Positions 61,230-64,000 of a stretch of DNA of 64,000 nucleotides are shown here, piece by piece. Origin of the DNA: Vitrella brassicaformis CCMP3155 (lineage: Eukaryota > Protista > Chromerida). The translations under genes and the position numbers were made by a program. A model generated the notes under the pieces. The model ran no database searches and was not told the origin of the DNA. It was given only the letters and a program-made list of their open reading frames with translations. The stretch covers positions 62,001-126,000 of the forward strand of contig CDMY01000221.1 of NCBI GenBank assembly GCA_001179505.1, written 5' to 3'. How positions within the stretch are numbered: position 1 is the first letter of the stretch; the number at the start of each line of letters is the position of its first letter.

Positions 61230-64000
<2,771 letters not shown>

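Overview
Gene-dense, intron-rich eukaryotic nuclear DNA. Exons are GC-rich; short introns are packed with (CA/TG)n, (GACA/TGTC)n, (GGAT/ATCC)n and (GA/TC)n microsatellites; there are four 300-N assembly gaps. The style and a bipartite plastid-targeting leader suggest a photosynthetic alveolate such as the chromerid Vitrella (inference). By splicing exons by hand I can support about 21 protein-coding genes, 16 of them in eight head-to-head pairs. Recognisable genes: a multi-TM protein (3' part), a membrane-anchored DsrE-like protein, a SEL1-repeat protein, two histidine-phosphatase-superfamily genes, MED10, SMC2, an RsuA/RluB-type pseudouridine synthase, a DmpA/S58 peptidase, a UFSP-type C78 protease, an IQ+MORN protein and NAA35/MAK10. 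There are also several secreted orphan proteins and a plastid-targeted protein. The top candidate for a new system is one minus-strand gene (45877-51788) joining an intact response-regulator receiver, a NEK-type kinase, a DEP domain and a DUF547-like domain. Also notable: a pseudouridine synthase lacking its catalytic Asp (GRLP for GRLD), a convergent pair of paralogous secreted Cys-rich proteins, two PAN/apple-like secreted proteins, a recurring RRxLQ motif in secreted proteins, self-complementary microsatellite introns, four GC-AG introns, a 10-nt microexon and an in-frame TAG in the acid phosphatase. All family calls come from motif recognition, not database searches. Gene spans include introns.
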